Assembly: GCF_018350175.1 (NCBI RefSeq)
Contig: NC_058383.1
Location: 13,146,001 to 13,210,000, forward strand
DNA from: Felis catus
Lineage: Eukaryota
Length of the DNA: 64,000 nucleotides
Direction: 5' to 3'
Shown here piece by piece: positions 13,345 through 26,707 of this stretch. Within the stretch, counting starts at the first letter, position 1. Every line of letters starts with the position of its first letter. Position numbers and translations under genes: made by a program. Under the pieces are notes generated by a model. The model ran no database searches. It was not told where the DNA came from and saw only the letters and a list, made by a program, of their open reading frames with translations.

Positions 13345-15307
13345 ATGCTGGGTAGCATATGTAATTTTTAGGAAGCCATCAGGGGGTCTTTGAGAGTAGC
13401 TGTATCATTCATTGTGCATTCTCATTGTGCTTTTAATTTGCATTTCCCTATTTATAGCTAATGATGTTAAACATCTTTTTCATGTGCTCGTTTGTCATCT
13501 GAATATCTTCTTTTGTTAAATATCTCTTGGTAAATGTCTTTTGCCTATTTTCTAATTGGGTTTACTTTCACTGCTCAGTTTTTAAAAATTCTTAAAATTT
13601 TCTAGATACTAGTATATTATTGGGTAGTTTGTAAATATTTTCTCCCAAACTGTAGCTTGTATTTTCATCCATTCTCTTCAACAGCACTTTCCCCAGAGCA
13701 AAAAATTTTAATTTTGAGATGGTCTGATTTATGAAAAATTTTTTCCTTTATATGCCTTGCTTTTTTGTTTAATCTGAGAACTGTTTGCTTATCCCTTGAT
13801 AGTGAAGATTTTCTCTTTAATTTTTTTGTTTGTTTAAAGAATTTTATAGTTTTACATTTTATATTTCAATCCATGATCCATTTTGAGAGGTTTTATGTAA
13901 GATGTGAAACTTAGGCCAAAGTTTTGTTCGTTTTGCTTAAGTGTGTCTAATTAAGCACCGTTTACTTTTCTTTTCTTCATTTAATTGCTCTTGTTCCTTT
14001 GTCAAAAATCAGTCTGTACTTGTGTTGATCTATTTCTGGGTCCTTCTGTTCAATTAATCTGTCTATTTTTCCACCAATACCCAACAGTCTTGGTTCTGTG
14101 GCTGTATAATGTGGTGAAATGGAATATTGTGATTTCTCCCAGTTTGTTCTTCTTTTTCCGTTGATTTAGCTAGAATCAAGCACTGTTTGTGCTTTCCGTA
14201 TAAATTTTAAAATTATCTTGTCTGTGTTTAAAAATATCTTCCTGGCATTTTAATAGGAACAGCATCCATTAAACCAGTATATTGATTAGGGGAGAATTTA
14301 AAAATTTACTATATTGAGTCTTTCTATCTATGAAGCAGGTATGTCTCTTCTCTAGTTAGATATTCTCTGGCTTTTTTACTCATCGTTTTGTGGCTTTCAA
14401 CATATGAGTCCTTACATGTTTTTGTCAGATTTATAACTATTTGGTTTTTTTGGGCAATGACAGTGGTATTGTACTTAGAATTTGAGTCCCACATGCACAT
14501 TGTTAGCATATAGAAATACAACTTACTTTTGTATGGTGTTTTTGTATCCTGTGACTTTGATGAATGGACTTATTAGTTCCAGGAGTTTATTTGTAGATTC
14601 TTTGATATTTTCTGTGTGGACACTCATGTCGTATAAAATAGGGGCAGATTTATTTCTTCCTTTCTGATGTGTAAATTTTTATCTTTTTCCTTAATCAAAC
14701 TGGATAAAACTTCTAGTTCTGTGTGGAATAAGAGAGAAAACTGAATATGTTTTGTCTTCTTCCTTATCTCTAGGGGATATGGTTCAGTATAATATTAGCT
14801 CTAGGTTTTTTATAGATGTTCTTTATCAATTGAGAAAGTTCCTTTCTATTCCTAGTTTTCTGAGTTTTAAAAATCTTGAATTGATATTCAATTTTGTCAG
14901 ATGCTGTTTCTGCAATAATTGATCATTTGATTTTTCTTGAGCCTGTTACAATGTGGATTACATTGCTTGCTTTTAAAATATTGAACCATCTATGTATGTC
15001 TGGAATAAGTCCAATTTGGTCATAGTGTATAATGACTTTTCTGTATTGCTATGTTTATTTTGCCCATATTTTTAAAAGGATTTTTTGCATCTCATTTTTG
15101 AGAAATACTTGATCCATAATTTTATGTATTTTTTGGTAAAGGTTTTGTTATCAGGGTATTGTTAGTTTTATAAAATGAAATCAAAGTATTTGCTCCTCTT
15201 CTGTTTTCTAGAATAGATTGTGTATAATTAGTGTTAGCTCTTTAAACCTTGTGTGGCATTCTCTAGTGAAACACATCTGGACATGGAAATTTCATTTTTG
15301 GGAATTT

Positions 15308-15525
15308 AATTAAAAACTTTTTTTTTAATGTTTATTTATTTTGGGGAGAGAAACAAAGTGTAAGTGGGGGAGGGGCAGAGAGAAAGGGAGACACAGAATC
15401 GGAAGCAGGCTCCAGGCTCTAGGCTTTCAGCACAGAGTCTGATGTGGGGCTCAAACCCATGAACTGCGAGATCATGACCTGAGTAGAAGTTGGATGCCTA
15501 GCTGAATGAGCCGCCCAGGCGCCCC
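15308..15525 (-). mobile_element. Can-SINE inserted in L1
   Basis: 16-bp TSD TCATTTTTGGGAATTT at 15292-15307 and 15526-15541. Confidence 0.95.
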
Positions 15526-16519
15526 TCATTTTTGGGAATTTTCAAATAAATTTAGTTTTTCAGTAATTATTGGGGTATTTAAATTATCTTTTATATTGTA
15601 TGAATGCTGATAGATGTTATTTTTCACAAAATGACCCACTTTCGTCTAAATTGCCAAGCTTAAGTGTGTAGAATTGTTCATAGTATTTCCTTGTTATTCT
15701 TCTGATGTCTGTATAGTGATATTCCTTGTTTCGTACCTAATACTAGTAGTTGATGTCTTTTTCCTTTTGTCATTTTTGCTAAAGGTTTTCAATTTTATTG
15801 ATCCTTTCGAAGAACTAGTTTTTTGTTTCATTTAATTTTTTTTTGTTTTTCTGTTTTCAACTTCATTTCTTCCTTCTATCTTTATTATTTCCTTCCTTCT
15901 ACTCATTTGAACTTTTTTGTTTGTTTTTGTTTTGTTCTTGAGGTGATAGTTGTGATTATTGGTTTGAGAGTTTTCCTTTTTTTTTTAAATGTGAACATTC
16001 AGTACTATGAACTTCCTTCTCAGCACTGCTTTTTGATTCTCATGAATTTTGACATGTTGTATTTTCATTTTTATTCAGTTGTATGTATTTTTTATATTCT
16101 CCTCAAGACTTCTGATTTGAAACATGGCTTATTTAACAGTGCATAGTTTGGTTTTTGAGTGTTTAGACTTTATTCTCTTATCTTTTTTCAGTTATCATAG
16201 TGTAGGATTTATATTTTTGTATATTTGCTGAATTTTGCTTCTGGTACGTCACATGATCTGTTTTGGTATGGTTTACATGGGTACTTGGAAAGAATGTGTA
16301 TTCTGCTTTGGATAGACTGTCCTATATATGTCAAGTGGATTCTTTTGGTTGATGATGTTGAGCTCTCCATCTTTGATGATTTTCTGGTTAGTAGTTATAT
16401 CAATTTTTGACAGAGGGATGTTGAAATTTCCGATTATAATTATGATTTTGATTCTCATTTATGTCAGTTTTTGCTTCATATATTTTTAGCTCCGCTGTTT
16501 TGTACACATATAGTCATTA

Positions 16520-18025
16520 AACTAAAGTTCCTTTTTCTCTCTCCTCTCAGCTCCTGGTAACCACCATTCTAATTTCTGTTCCTATGAATTTCACCACTTT
16601 TATGAGTAGAACCATGCTTTGTATTTGTCTTTTTGTGACTGGTGTTTTTCACTTAGGATAATGTCCTGAGGCTTCAGCTATAGTGTAGCATGTGGCAGGA
16701 TTTCTTTCCTTTTTAAGGCTGGATAATCTTCAGTGTATGTATATATCCATTCATCTACTGATGAACATTCGAGTTACTTCTTTCTCTTGACTATTGTGAA
16801 TAGTACTTCTGTGAATATGGGTAGTATGAGACCCTGCCTTCAGTTCATTTGGGCATATACCCAGAAGTAGTATTGCTGGATTATACTGGTAGTTTTGTTT
16901 ACTTTTTGGGGGGAACCTCCATAGCATTTGCCCCATTTTATAATCCCACCAACAATGGTCCTAATTTCTCTGCATCCTCTCCAACATGTGTTGTTTTCAG
17001 GTCTTTTGATGGTGGTCCTCCTAATGGATGTGAGGTCACTGTAATTACATTATAGTTTTGATTTGCATTTTTCTGATGATTTCTGAGGTTGAGCATCTTT
17101 TCATATGTTTTTTGGCCATTTATTTGTATATCACCTTTGGAGAAATAGACGTTCAGCTCCTTTGCCCATTTTGTAGTCAGGTTATTTGTTTTTTTGTTGT
17201 TGAGTTGTAAGTGTTCTTTATATATTCTAGGCATTAACACCTTATTTGCAAACATTTTCTCCCATTTCATAAGTTGCCTTTTTACCCTGTTGATTATGTT
17301 CTTTGCTATATAAAAGTTTACTAATTTGATGTGGTCCCATCAAATTTGTTTTTTCTTCTTCTTTCTTTGCTTTTGGTGTCATATAAAAAATCATTGCCAA
17401 ATTCCATGTCATGAAGCTTTTCCCATATATTTTGTTCTAGGGGTTTTATAGTTTTAGGTCTTAATGTTTAGGCCTTTAGTTCATTTTGAGTTATTTTTTG
17501 TACATGGTGTAAGTATTGGTCTAGCTTCATTCTTCTGCATGCGGATGTCCGGTTTCCTTAGCACCATTTGTTGAAGGGACTGTCTTTTCCCCACTGGCAC
17601 CCTTGTCTTGGCACCCTTGTCTTGGCACCCTTGTCAAAGACCATTTGTCCTTACATGCAAGCGTTTATTTCTGGGCTCTCTGTTTTGTTCCATTGGTCTA
17701 CTTGTCTTTATGATAGTACTGTACTGTTTTCAATGACTGTAATATGTTTTGAAATCAGAAAGTGTCAATCTTCCAACTTTGTTCTATTTTTTTCAAAATT
17801 GTTTTGTTTCAAAATTTGCAGTCCCTTGAGATTCCATATAAATTTTAGGGTGAATTTGTCTATTTCTGCTATTCTCTGATAAGCAGTTTTTATTTTGCTA
17901 GGGATTGCATTGAATCTGTGGATCTTTTTGGGTAGTATGTAAATCTGAACAATATCAAGCGTTCCATTCCGAAAATATGGAGTATCTTTTCATTTATTAG
18001 CATTCTCTTCAATTTCCTTCAATCT
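16520..18025 (-). mobile_element. L1 (L1MB-like) 3' portion nested in the older L1
   Basis: Second L1 3' UTR starts at about 16520. Minus ORF 16938-17270 (WEKMFANK...RIYKEHLQLNNKKTNN..KWAKELN) resembles the L1 ORF2 C-terminus. Confidence 0.85.
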
Positions 18026-18029
18026 TTTT

Positions 18030-19720
18030 AAAAACAGTTCTTGAGTTTTTAGTTTTGTTATCGAATATTGTGTTTTTGAATTCTAAATTTTTTCTTGGTT
18101 TTTCTTTATAGCTATTTCTTGGCCGAGACTTATTTCTTTGCTGGGGTTTTTGATTTTTTCTTTGGTTTCAAGCATGCTTGTATTTGCTTGGTGGAACATT
18201 TTTACGGTAGGCACTTTAAAATCTTTGTCAGATAATTCTAACATTTCTGTTATCTAAGCATTGATGTCTATGAATTGCCATTAATCTTGAGAGTTTTCTG
18301 GTTCTTGATATTAGGTGTGATATCGATTGATACTTGGATATTTGAGTAGACGCACACCTTTGGGATACCACAGATTCTGTTCCAGACCACGACAGGAAAG
18401 CAAATATCACAATAAGCAAGTCAAATGAATTTTCTGGTTTCCCAGTGCATATGAAAGTTACATTTACACTGCACTGTCACCTATTAGGCGTGCAGAAGCC
18501 TTATGTCTAAAAAATTCAACTACATACCTTAATTTAAAAATAGTTTATTACTAAAACATGCTAACCATCATCTGTGCTGTCAGTGAGTAAATAATCACGA
18601 TGATCACCATAACAAATAAAGTAATAATGATAAGGTTGGAAATACTGCAAGAACTACCAAAATGTGACACAGCAACACGAAGTGAGCAGATGCTTTTGGG
18701 AAAGTGGCGTGGATAGGTTTGCTTGACTCAGGGTTGCCACAGACCTTCAGTTTGTTAAAAATGCAATAACGTGGAGCACAATAAAATGACGTATGCCTGC
18801 ATTCTGTTTCGAGACCGTGGATCTTAACTAAACCTTCTGTTTTAGCTGAATTCTTCTGACAGGTCTGTGACAGGAAAAGGGTACTGCCACATTGGGGTGG
18901 TAGTCTCGGTTTCCATCCTGACCTCAGTGTTCACCTGAAAGGGAAAGGGCCTCCAGGCTAGTGCTTAGGAGGAGTTCCAATCCCCTCTAAGCCTCATCTG
19001 ATCCCATCCTGACTGAGGGGTTAATGATGTCTCATTACTGCTGCCCTCATAGCCTCCACTGATACCACAGGGGAGGACAGTGGCCTTGTTACCATGAGGC
19101 AGTGACCTTCCACACTGTCTTTTCTTACCGCCCCCCTCCCCTGCAGTGGGGAGAAGTAGGAGGTACCTCCTTCCTGCCCCTTGAGGATTTAGTTTCTTTA
19201 CTTGGTCTCCACTGTCCCAGGGAAGAGGGTGGAGCTCTTTTCTGCCTGGCAGATTGAAGGTCCAGAACCTTTACTCAGGCTTCTCTGACACCCAACTAGC
19301 TGAGGAGGTGAAGTACCTCCTGAGAGCCTGGTGAGGGAGGAAGCCTAGGCTCCCTACTCACCCCTGCTGACGGGGAAGTGGCTGTGTCCCAGTTTTTTCT
19401 TTGCTGTTTTCCAAAAGTTGTTTGCGTTGCTAGTTTGACTCTTTCCTGGTCTTTTGTCTAAAGAGAGCGGACTTTTCTTAGGGTCTTTTTTGTATCTGCT
19501 ATTAGTGTTTTGGGGTTTCTTCTGCCTTCTTCAGCTCATAGTCTGGGATTTTTGAGTCAACAAACAAAAAGGAAAATGAAAACCTAGGGAACTCTCCACT
19601 GTCTCAGGATCTGGGTTCCCGGTTTTCCAGCTGGTCTGCTTTCCTCTCTTCACCTTTCAGTACACCTTTGTATGGTTTAAATGACATAATGTTCCTAAGT
19701 GTTTGTGTTGCACGAGGCCT
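18030..19720 (-). mobile_element. 5' region of an old L1 (L1MC/L1M4-type), split by a Tigger element
   Basis: Recalled similarity to ancient L1 5' ends, degenerate tandem motif GCCTCCACTGACACC-like, collinear with the L1 at 12.5-16.5 kb. Confidence 0.6.
18349..18799. mobile_element. Non-autonomous Tigger1 derivative (Tigger1a_Car-like DNA transposon)
   Basis: Both Tigger1 ends are present (GTTCCAGACCAC...TTTCCCAGTGCATATGAAAG and GGGTTGCCACAGACCTTC...GTATGCCTG) joined over an internal deletion. Degenerate terminal inverted repeats, TA at the left flank. Confidence 0.88.
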
Positions 19721-20270
19721 GGTACTAAGTGCTCCATAGACAGTCATGATTGTTTTTTATTATCTTTATGTTTCTCCCATTTGTACTTGAAATGTCATCA
19801 TGCTGTGTTAATCTTTGCTAGAAGCAGCTCCGTGGTAAGTTTACCTTGCTTTTTTGAAGCTGTATTATCACGGACACACACATTTGTATCTTCACCCTCA
19901 CTTCAGTGTTATTCCATCAAGCTGTGGATCCCTAAGAAACATCATCTTTGCACTATTTTTCTTTTCCCAGGAAATTCCAAAAGCGCATTGTTCTAATAAG
20001 ACTGGAATTCTTAATTCTAGTTTCATTAAAGAATTGTTAGTTACTTTATCTAGAAAGAGCATAGTCTAGGAAACAACAGATTTTTTTCTTCTTGAAACAT
20101 CAGTTCAATGAGGTGTTGACTGAGGTGTGGGGAAATGAGTCCACTTCTTTGTTTGGTGAAGGGTGTTTCTTTGAACTGCTCTGAGATTATTATAAATACT
20201 GTTTAACCCCGTCGGCCGTCTTGCTTGAAACCTCATGCCATATCTGCCCTTAAGTTTGAAGTGTGTTCTT

Positions 20271-20557
20271 GGGGCACCTGGATGGCTCACTTGGTTAAAC
20301 ATCCAATTTTCATCTCAGGTACGATCTCACAGGCGTGGGTTTGAGCCCCGCATCGGACTCTGTGCTGTCGGTTGGAGCCTGGAGCCTGCTTCAGATTCTG
20401 TCTCTCGCTCTCTCTCTGCCCCTCCCCTGCTCATGCTCTCTCTCTCTCTCTCTGTCTCTGTCTCTGTCTGTCTGTCTGTCTCTCTGTCTCCTTCTTTCTC
20501 TCTCTCTATTTCTCTCTCTCAAAAGTAAATAAACATAAAAAAATTAAAAAAAAATTA
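20271..20557 (+). mobile_element. Can-SINE with expanded (CT)/(CTGT) tract
   Basis: TSD AAGTGTGTTCT at 20259-20269 and 20558-20568. Confidence 0.95.
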
Positions 20558-22082
20558 AAGTGTGTTCTCTAACTCAGTCTTTAATTTCAAAGTTAATATG
20601 GAATTTATTTATTTATGTATATGTGTTTGGAAAACTATGCCTGAACTCTTACTAGCATTTTCTACAATTTTATTGGCTTCTTCTGTTAGAATGAAGCAGT
20701 CAATTTGTGTCAGAAAATGAGTTTCAGAATTCCAAAGGGAAATTTAAGGTATGGAGCAAGCTATGGAGCATGGGACCCGGTCCCTTTCTTCTCGCTTGAT
20801 AGGCAGTAGAAATTAGACATGGCAGAATCTTGTTTCCTCTGCTCTTCTTTGTAGTTTGGTGGAGGAAAACTTGTTGTTTGAGACAAGAAGGACTCGATCT
20901 TGACATCCAGCTACACTATACATTTTGCTGCACACTTAGAGTGGACTCGTTTCATTGGAAAGACTGTTCGTCCTTTTGACAGCTCAAATAAAAAGGGTAA
21001 GGATAAGCAGCCGCGCAGAAGCTCCAAGGGCATCGTCTCCAGTGGAAAGGCTTTTAGTCACAGTCCTCCTCTTGGAGTGAGAATGAGGCACACGGAAGCA
21101 TGGTGTACGTGGCGAGTTTGAAGACTGTGTTTTACCAGTGTACTCTGGAAGTGAAAGATGCAGCTAATCTGCGTCAAAAACCCAATTCCAGATTAATTTA
21201 TTAGAATATGAGGAGGACCTCAGCCGGCAATAGAGCTGGTTGGTGTTGAAGACTACGCAAGACATCACATGTGATTTGTATTAAGTAGTGTCACCCTTGG
21301 TGGTGCCAAGGGCCGAAAGCAGCCTTTTCTGCAGGCTGTACTAGCTCCTTGTGAGAAGGCTGTCTGCTAGACACTGGCTGCAGTAGGGGGACCAACAAGG
21401 GATATGCACTCAGACGTTGGCTTTGTTTTTCAGATGATATTTTTGCCCTTTTTTGACATTGAGAGCACTCGGAAGAGCTGCACGTACAGTTACTTATTGT
21501 ATGGTTTTAGCATGTGTAAATGAGAGAACTCATGAATTTGGCTTCCGAAATTGGAGGTTTTTGCTGTGCACACATTGAAATGAAACTCTCCACCCAAGTA
21601 TCACCAACCTTCCCCTTGTCCTGCCACCAGCCTTTTAAGGCTCACTGTCCCCTGTGCCTTCCTAGAATGTTATTGTGTACACTTAGTGTAGTTGGAGGAT
21701 CTCACCAATGTTCTAGAAAGAACAGGATAGATATTTGAGATTTATTCAGAGAGGACCAAAGAACTTGCTTGAAAATAAAGAAGTGATGTTCTGTCCTCAC
21801 TTTGCTGTAACTGGTAGATCTTACCTGTAGATGTTTGTGAGAAGAAAGATAATCAAATTCCATTCGTTTTCATTGTTAGGCCAAAGTAGATCTAGTTATA
21901 CACTTTTTTGGTGGTGGTGTTTGGTAAAGTACTTCTCATCTGACATAACCAGTTCCATAGTGCATTTGTAAGTTAAAAACTATTAAAGCTTGAAATCATT
22001 AAAAGAAAAAAGTATATTTGAATGCATTATTTTATAGTAAGACAAGTGATTATGCGTTTCTCACTGATCTTTTGGTGTAGAT

Positions 22083-22503
22083 CAGTGGTTTGCATTGGGT
22101 GTGCACTGGGGAGCTTTAAAAATAGTGATGTTCTTGGGTACCTGGCTGACCCAGTCAGTTGAACATCCAGCTCTTGAATTTAGCGTAGGTCATGATCTCC
22201 GGGTCATGAGATAGAGCCCCATGCTGGGCTCTGTGCTGGACGTGGACGCTGCTTAAGATTCTCTCTCTCCTTCTTCCTCTGCCCCTCCCTACTCCCATAC
22301 TCACTTGCTCACTCTCCCTGCGCCCCCCCCCCCCCAAAATAGTGATGTTCAGGTATCAACCTTAGAAATTCTGATTAAATTGGTCTGTAGTGTAGCCATG
22401 GCACTTCATGGCACTTCAAAAATTCATGGCTACTTTTTTTTTTTAAAGATCCCCAGGACTTTAAAATAATGGACTGAGGGTTACTTTGAGAATGGTTCCA
22501 CTG
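22083..22503. mobile_element. MER5-like hAT-Charlie MITE interrupted by a SINE
   Basis: CAGTGG...CCACTG termini, internal CTGGGGAGCTTTAAAAA and TTCTGATTAAATTGGTCTG motifs typical of MER5. Confidence 0.65.
22135..22335 (+). mobile_element. Can-SINE lacking a poly(A) tail
   Basis: 15-bp TSD AAAATAGTGATGTTC at 22119-22133 and 22336-22350. The element ends in a poly-C run. Confidence 0.92.
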
Positions 22504-25500
22504 ATTTGTGTTCCAGTTGTTCTTTCTTGAATAAGCCACGTCTGTAATGCATGGACTACAGTTACCTGTGAAGGTGTACTAAAACTGTTGGAACAACATA
22601 GACATATGTGAGTAATATGAGTGAAGAATCCTTTTAGATTCCTCTTCCCAGTCTTCTATGGTTGTCTCCTGTTTAAATTATCAACAGTTTATTTTTTAAG
22701 GAGCTCCCTTTATAGTATTCAGCTTAATTTTTATGGAAGCAATATCTGCTTTTCATTTTGCACTCATCGTTGGTTTACATGGTATTTAATTAAATAATAA
22801 ATAAAACTAGCACGAACAGGTCTTAGAACAGTTTACTCTTGGTGATTGTATGATGCATTGGTGTCTTATGGAGGAGCATTCATTGGCTGTGAATTGTTCA
22901 GTATGTTTTACAAAGGAAATGAGGACTACAGTTGATCAAGCTGGTCAGTTGAGTGGAAGTCTGTTAAAAGATCACTTATTGTGAAAGATATGTGGTTGGC
23001 CTGATTTTAGGTTAGGTAATATTCACCTACAAGAAGGTGGGATATGTTCCATTTTTATTCCACAAGTGAATATTTTAAGCATAGATTTTCTTTCTTATTT
23101 CATATTTGAATTCTTATTCAGGACTTTGGGTTAATGAATGTCCCATGTCACTACTTAATACACATAGATACAATCAGTATAATCACTGTTATCTCAAGAG
23201 TGAGAAGTGTTTCTTGCCTGTGGTTTTTATACTCCTATCATAACCATCTAAATGATACTCATTATGGGCCTTCATTACACACCATCAACCCTTAAGAGTC
23301 TTGAATTGAGTCTGGTCTTTGAGTATCACGTGCCTTGAAATACATTTCATATTAGACTTATGAATAAATCGTGGATAAACTTAAGACTGAAATTCGGGTA
23401 TTAATAAATGGTATTTCTTCCTAGTAAGACTTAAGAGTAGACATTAAAATCTTTGTAGGCCCTTAATAGAAATTAATCAGACCCATCAAAATATGTGTAC
23501 TCCTATTCTTAGTCATTTGATATGTGCACATCTGGAGTTAATTGTTTTTTCTCAGTTGTTCATGGTAATTGCATTTGCACTTACCATGTTTTAGATAGCT
23601 AATCATGAGTTTCTGTATTTTTTGCTTAGCTACCTGCTCTCGTTAATCTGGTTTATATCTACGCGTCTTGTTTTCAATTCAGATTACCCGTTTCTTGAGG
23701 ACAAGAAATCTAGTCTTCCTCTGGGGTACTGTCTACAACACAGAATACAGTTTTAGGAGCATACTGTCTGAGTTAATTACTGATGTAGTCAGAGGATATT
23801 AGGTGTCTTCTTTGCTCAGGACAGAATACCTAGCCTTGTGTGAATTGGTCCCAAGAACATTTTTGTTTGCTTTCTTTCCTGGGAAGGAAAGAAACACGTA
23901 TATAAGCAGCGAAGTGCAAGTACCATGGTCTGTGCTTTTTCTTTTTGACTGCTCTGTTAGATTATCTTTCAGGAAAGCTGAGTAGCTTAGCACAGTGAAT
24001 ACTAAAGGGAATGCATGCCTTCCCTCTCAGGGGACTTAAGTAGTGTTTAACACCACCGTAAAATCCTCAGCTGTGGCTTTCTCTAATGTAGAATTTGTCT
24101 AAGAAAGATTACAGGAACAAGGAAGGCTTTGTGTGCTGTGGTATTCCCCCCCCCCCCCCCCACCTTTTTCTTTTCCTTTCTTCTCTCCCTCCTGCTCCAG
24201 GCTATCTGTAAAAACGTGGATTATTTTCTTTGGGCCTCTAGAGTATGTGTGTTATATATGCGTGAGTCTGAGAGAAAAATAAAAGACAAAAGCGAGGCAG
24301 TGCTTACCAATGGGAATCATCACCCACAGGTAAAATGAAGAAAAATTACACGAATGAGTTTGCTTCTGCTCAGCCACTTTTGCCCATTCAGTGAACCCAA
24401 CAAGTGGTCAGAGACAAAGCATAGGTCTTGGCATGTGATAACCTGGCGGGTCACTTACATAACCAGTGGAGGACTCAGTTGTGCTATGTTCTTGACAGAG
24501 ATGAAAGCCTTTAGAGCGAATTAGCAGGGGTATAATTTGGGAACTATACTCAGATTCTTTCCTGGTATTATTTTGAGAGATTCATTACAGGGACTGTCAT
24601 TCAGCAAGAAATAGGGGAAGACTTTAATATTCAGCTAGGTTCTGTAGTGACAAGGGAAGACTCTGGATTTTGGAGCTGAAAAGCTATTTAGTGCTGCAGC
24701 TGAGGGCCGTCAGCCTAGAATCACACTTTAGCACAAGTGGCCAGAAGTGTAGACTGTAGCTATAAAGTTCAGTTACTCTGCTGGAAACCCATAGTGTAAT
24801 GACTTGAACCTTTTCTTTCATTTGGTACTAATTTTTCTTTTCTTTTGTTAGGAAAAAATGATTATAATCCTAACAGTGGCACAAATTTTACTTCCTGCAT
24901 TTTCCATTCCAGTATTGGCCCTCAGTTACACTTTATAACTATTTCTACATACTTTTATATTTTTCTTTTTGCATGTACCCTTACATCATTCTTTCTAATA
25001 TTTCTGTGTACTATTTGTCAAAATTCCTTTGGGTTTTCATTATAGTTTATTAAATTATTCCTCCATTGTTCAGCATTTACAGAGAGTTCAAATTTCTGGC
25101 CATGAAGGAGAAAGCCACAGAAACAATATGGTGGATGTAGCTTTTCCTTCTCTTGAGTTATTTATTTCTCATCATTTTGGTTTGTGGGAGTGACTTCATT
25201 GCACACTGTCATCTTCCCGAATCTGAAGGAACATGTGCCATGTTGTATGTGTGCATAAGTTGTAAGCGTGTGAATGTGCATGACATAAAAAAAAAAAAAA
25301 AAAAAAAAACAAAAACAACTTTGTAGGTCAAATAACTAACTGATGACTCTTAATGGAGGATTTTTTTGATTTCTGTCAAATTGCTTCTTCTGGGGAAGAT
25401 AAAAGCATTTTCAGTATATAGTTGATTAGATTTATTAATGTTGGGCAAAATCAATATGTTATTAAAATGAAACATCTATAGTTGGGGGACATTATAAAAC

Positions 25501-26514
25501 TAAACATATAGGTGCCATATGTATACGCTTCTATAATAGTATTTTTGAAGAGATCTCTGCAGAGAAGTTTAATGTCTATATGAAGTATATATTCAGAGAT
25601 AAGATTTTTCTTTCTCTGGGTTCTAGGAATATAGCAAAAAGCACACATACTTAACTGTAAAATACTACGATTCATTAAACAGCACAGTTTTTACAGAGTT
25701 TATCTGCTCTCTGATTAAACTGTTACTGTTTTTATCATGTGGGAAGTCTAATATGGTAAAAAATGTAAGGATATTTTTTCTAATGTTGATTCAGATTGTG
25801 TTTGAACATTTTCTTTTTAAAGAGGTGAGATTTGAAAAGGAAACCTTGGATTTACAAATCTGAGTTCTGAAGTGTTTATGAAAATTTTGACAGAATCTTT
25901 AATAAATGTTTACTGCCAACAAAAGATTTACTGATAGTGGAATTATTTGGAGCAATGAGTATGTGTGTGTGTGGTTTTTTGCCTTCTTAATTGTATTATA
26001 TTATTTTCAAGGAAAACATCTTTCACTTTGTTTATTTTTTAATACAAATGAGGACAGCCACTTTTCCCTGTGCTGACTATAGTGTGTGGTCCCTCTTGAG
26101 TGAATGGTATGTAGAAACCCTTTCCCCTTCCTGAGGCAATTTGTCTGAAACTGCCCTGGCTGATTACAGACTCCATTGCATTCTTTATCATTCCAAATAA
26201 CACTCTCTGGAAATCCAGCCACCCCACTGCTTTAACGTTCTTTCCAATTGTCTACGGGCCTTGGCAGATGGGTAATCTGGGAGCTGTGGACAGGAGGGCT
26301 GGACAACCTCTGTCACATGCCATTGTTGTGAGATATTCTTCACTACAACAAAATCTGGAGGTGATTAAGAATAATGGCTAGTCAGTGACATAAGGTTTTG
26401 GAAAGGATTTTGTTGGCGTTTTTATAAAGAAGAGAAACTGATGACGAACTGAAAATAAAACTAATCTTCATTCTAGCCATGTGTCTGAAGCCATCGACAA
26501 GGTCCCCAAGCACA

Positions 26515-26653
26515 TTTTTTTCAGCTTTATTGAGCTATAATTGACAAATAAAATTATATATACTTAAAATGTACAATGGGATGATTTGATATATGTGTAC
26601 CTTATAAAATAACTACCACAATCAAGTTAATTAACACACCTCACATAGTTACC

Positions 26654-26707
<54 letters not shown>

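Larger units (their letters stand above)
12485..16512 (-). mobile_element. Old L1 (L1MC-like), 3' UTR through ORF2 remnants, interrupted by two SINEs
   Basis: L1MC-type 3' end at about 12.5 kb. Minus ORF 16273-16458 (IIIIGNFNIPLSKID...LDIYRTVYP) resembles the L1 ORF2 endonuclease domain. Heavily degraded. Confidence 0.85.
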
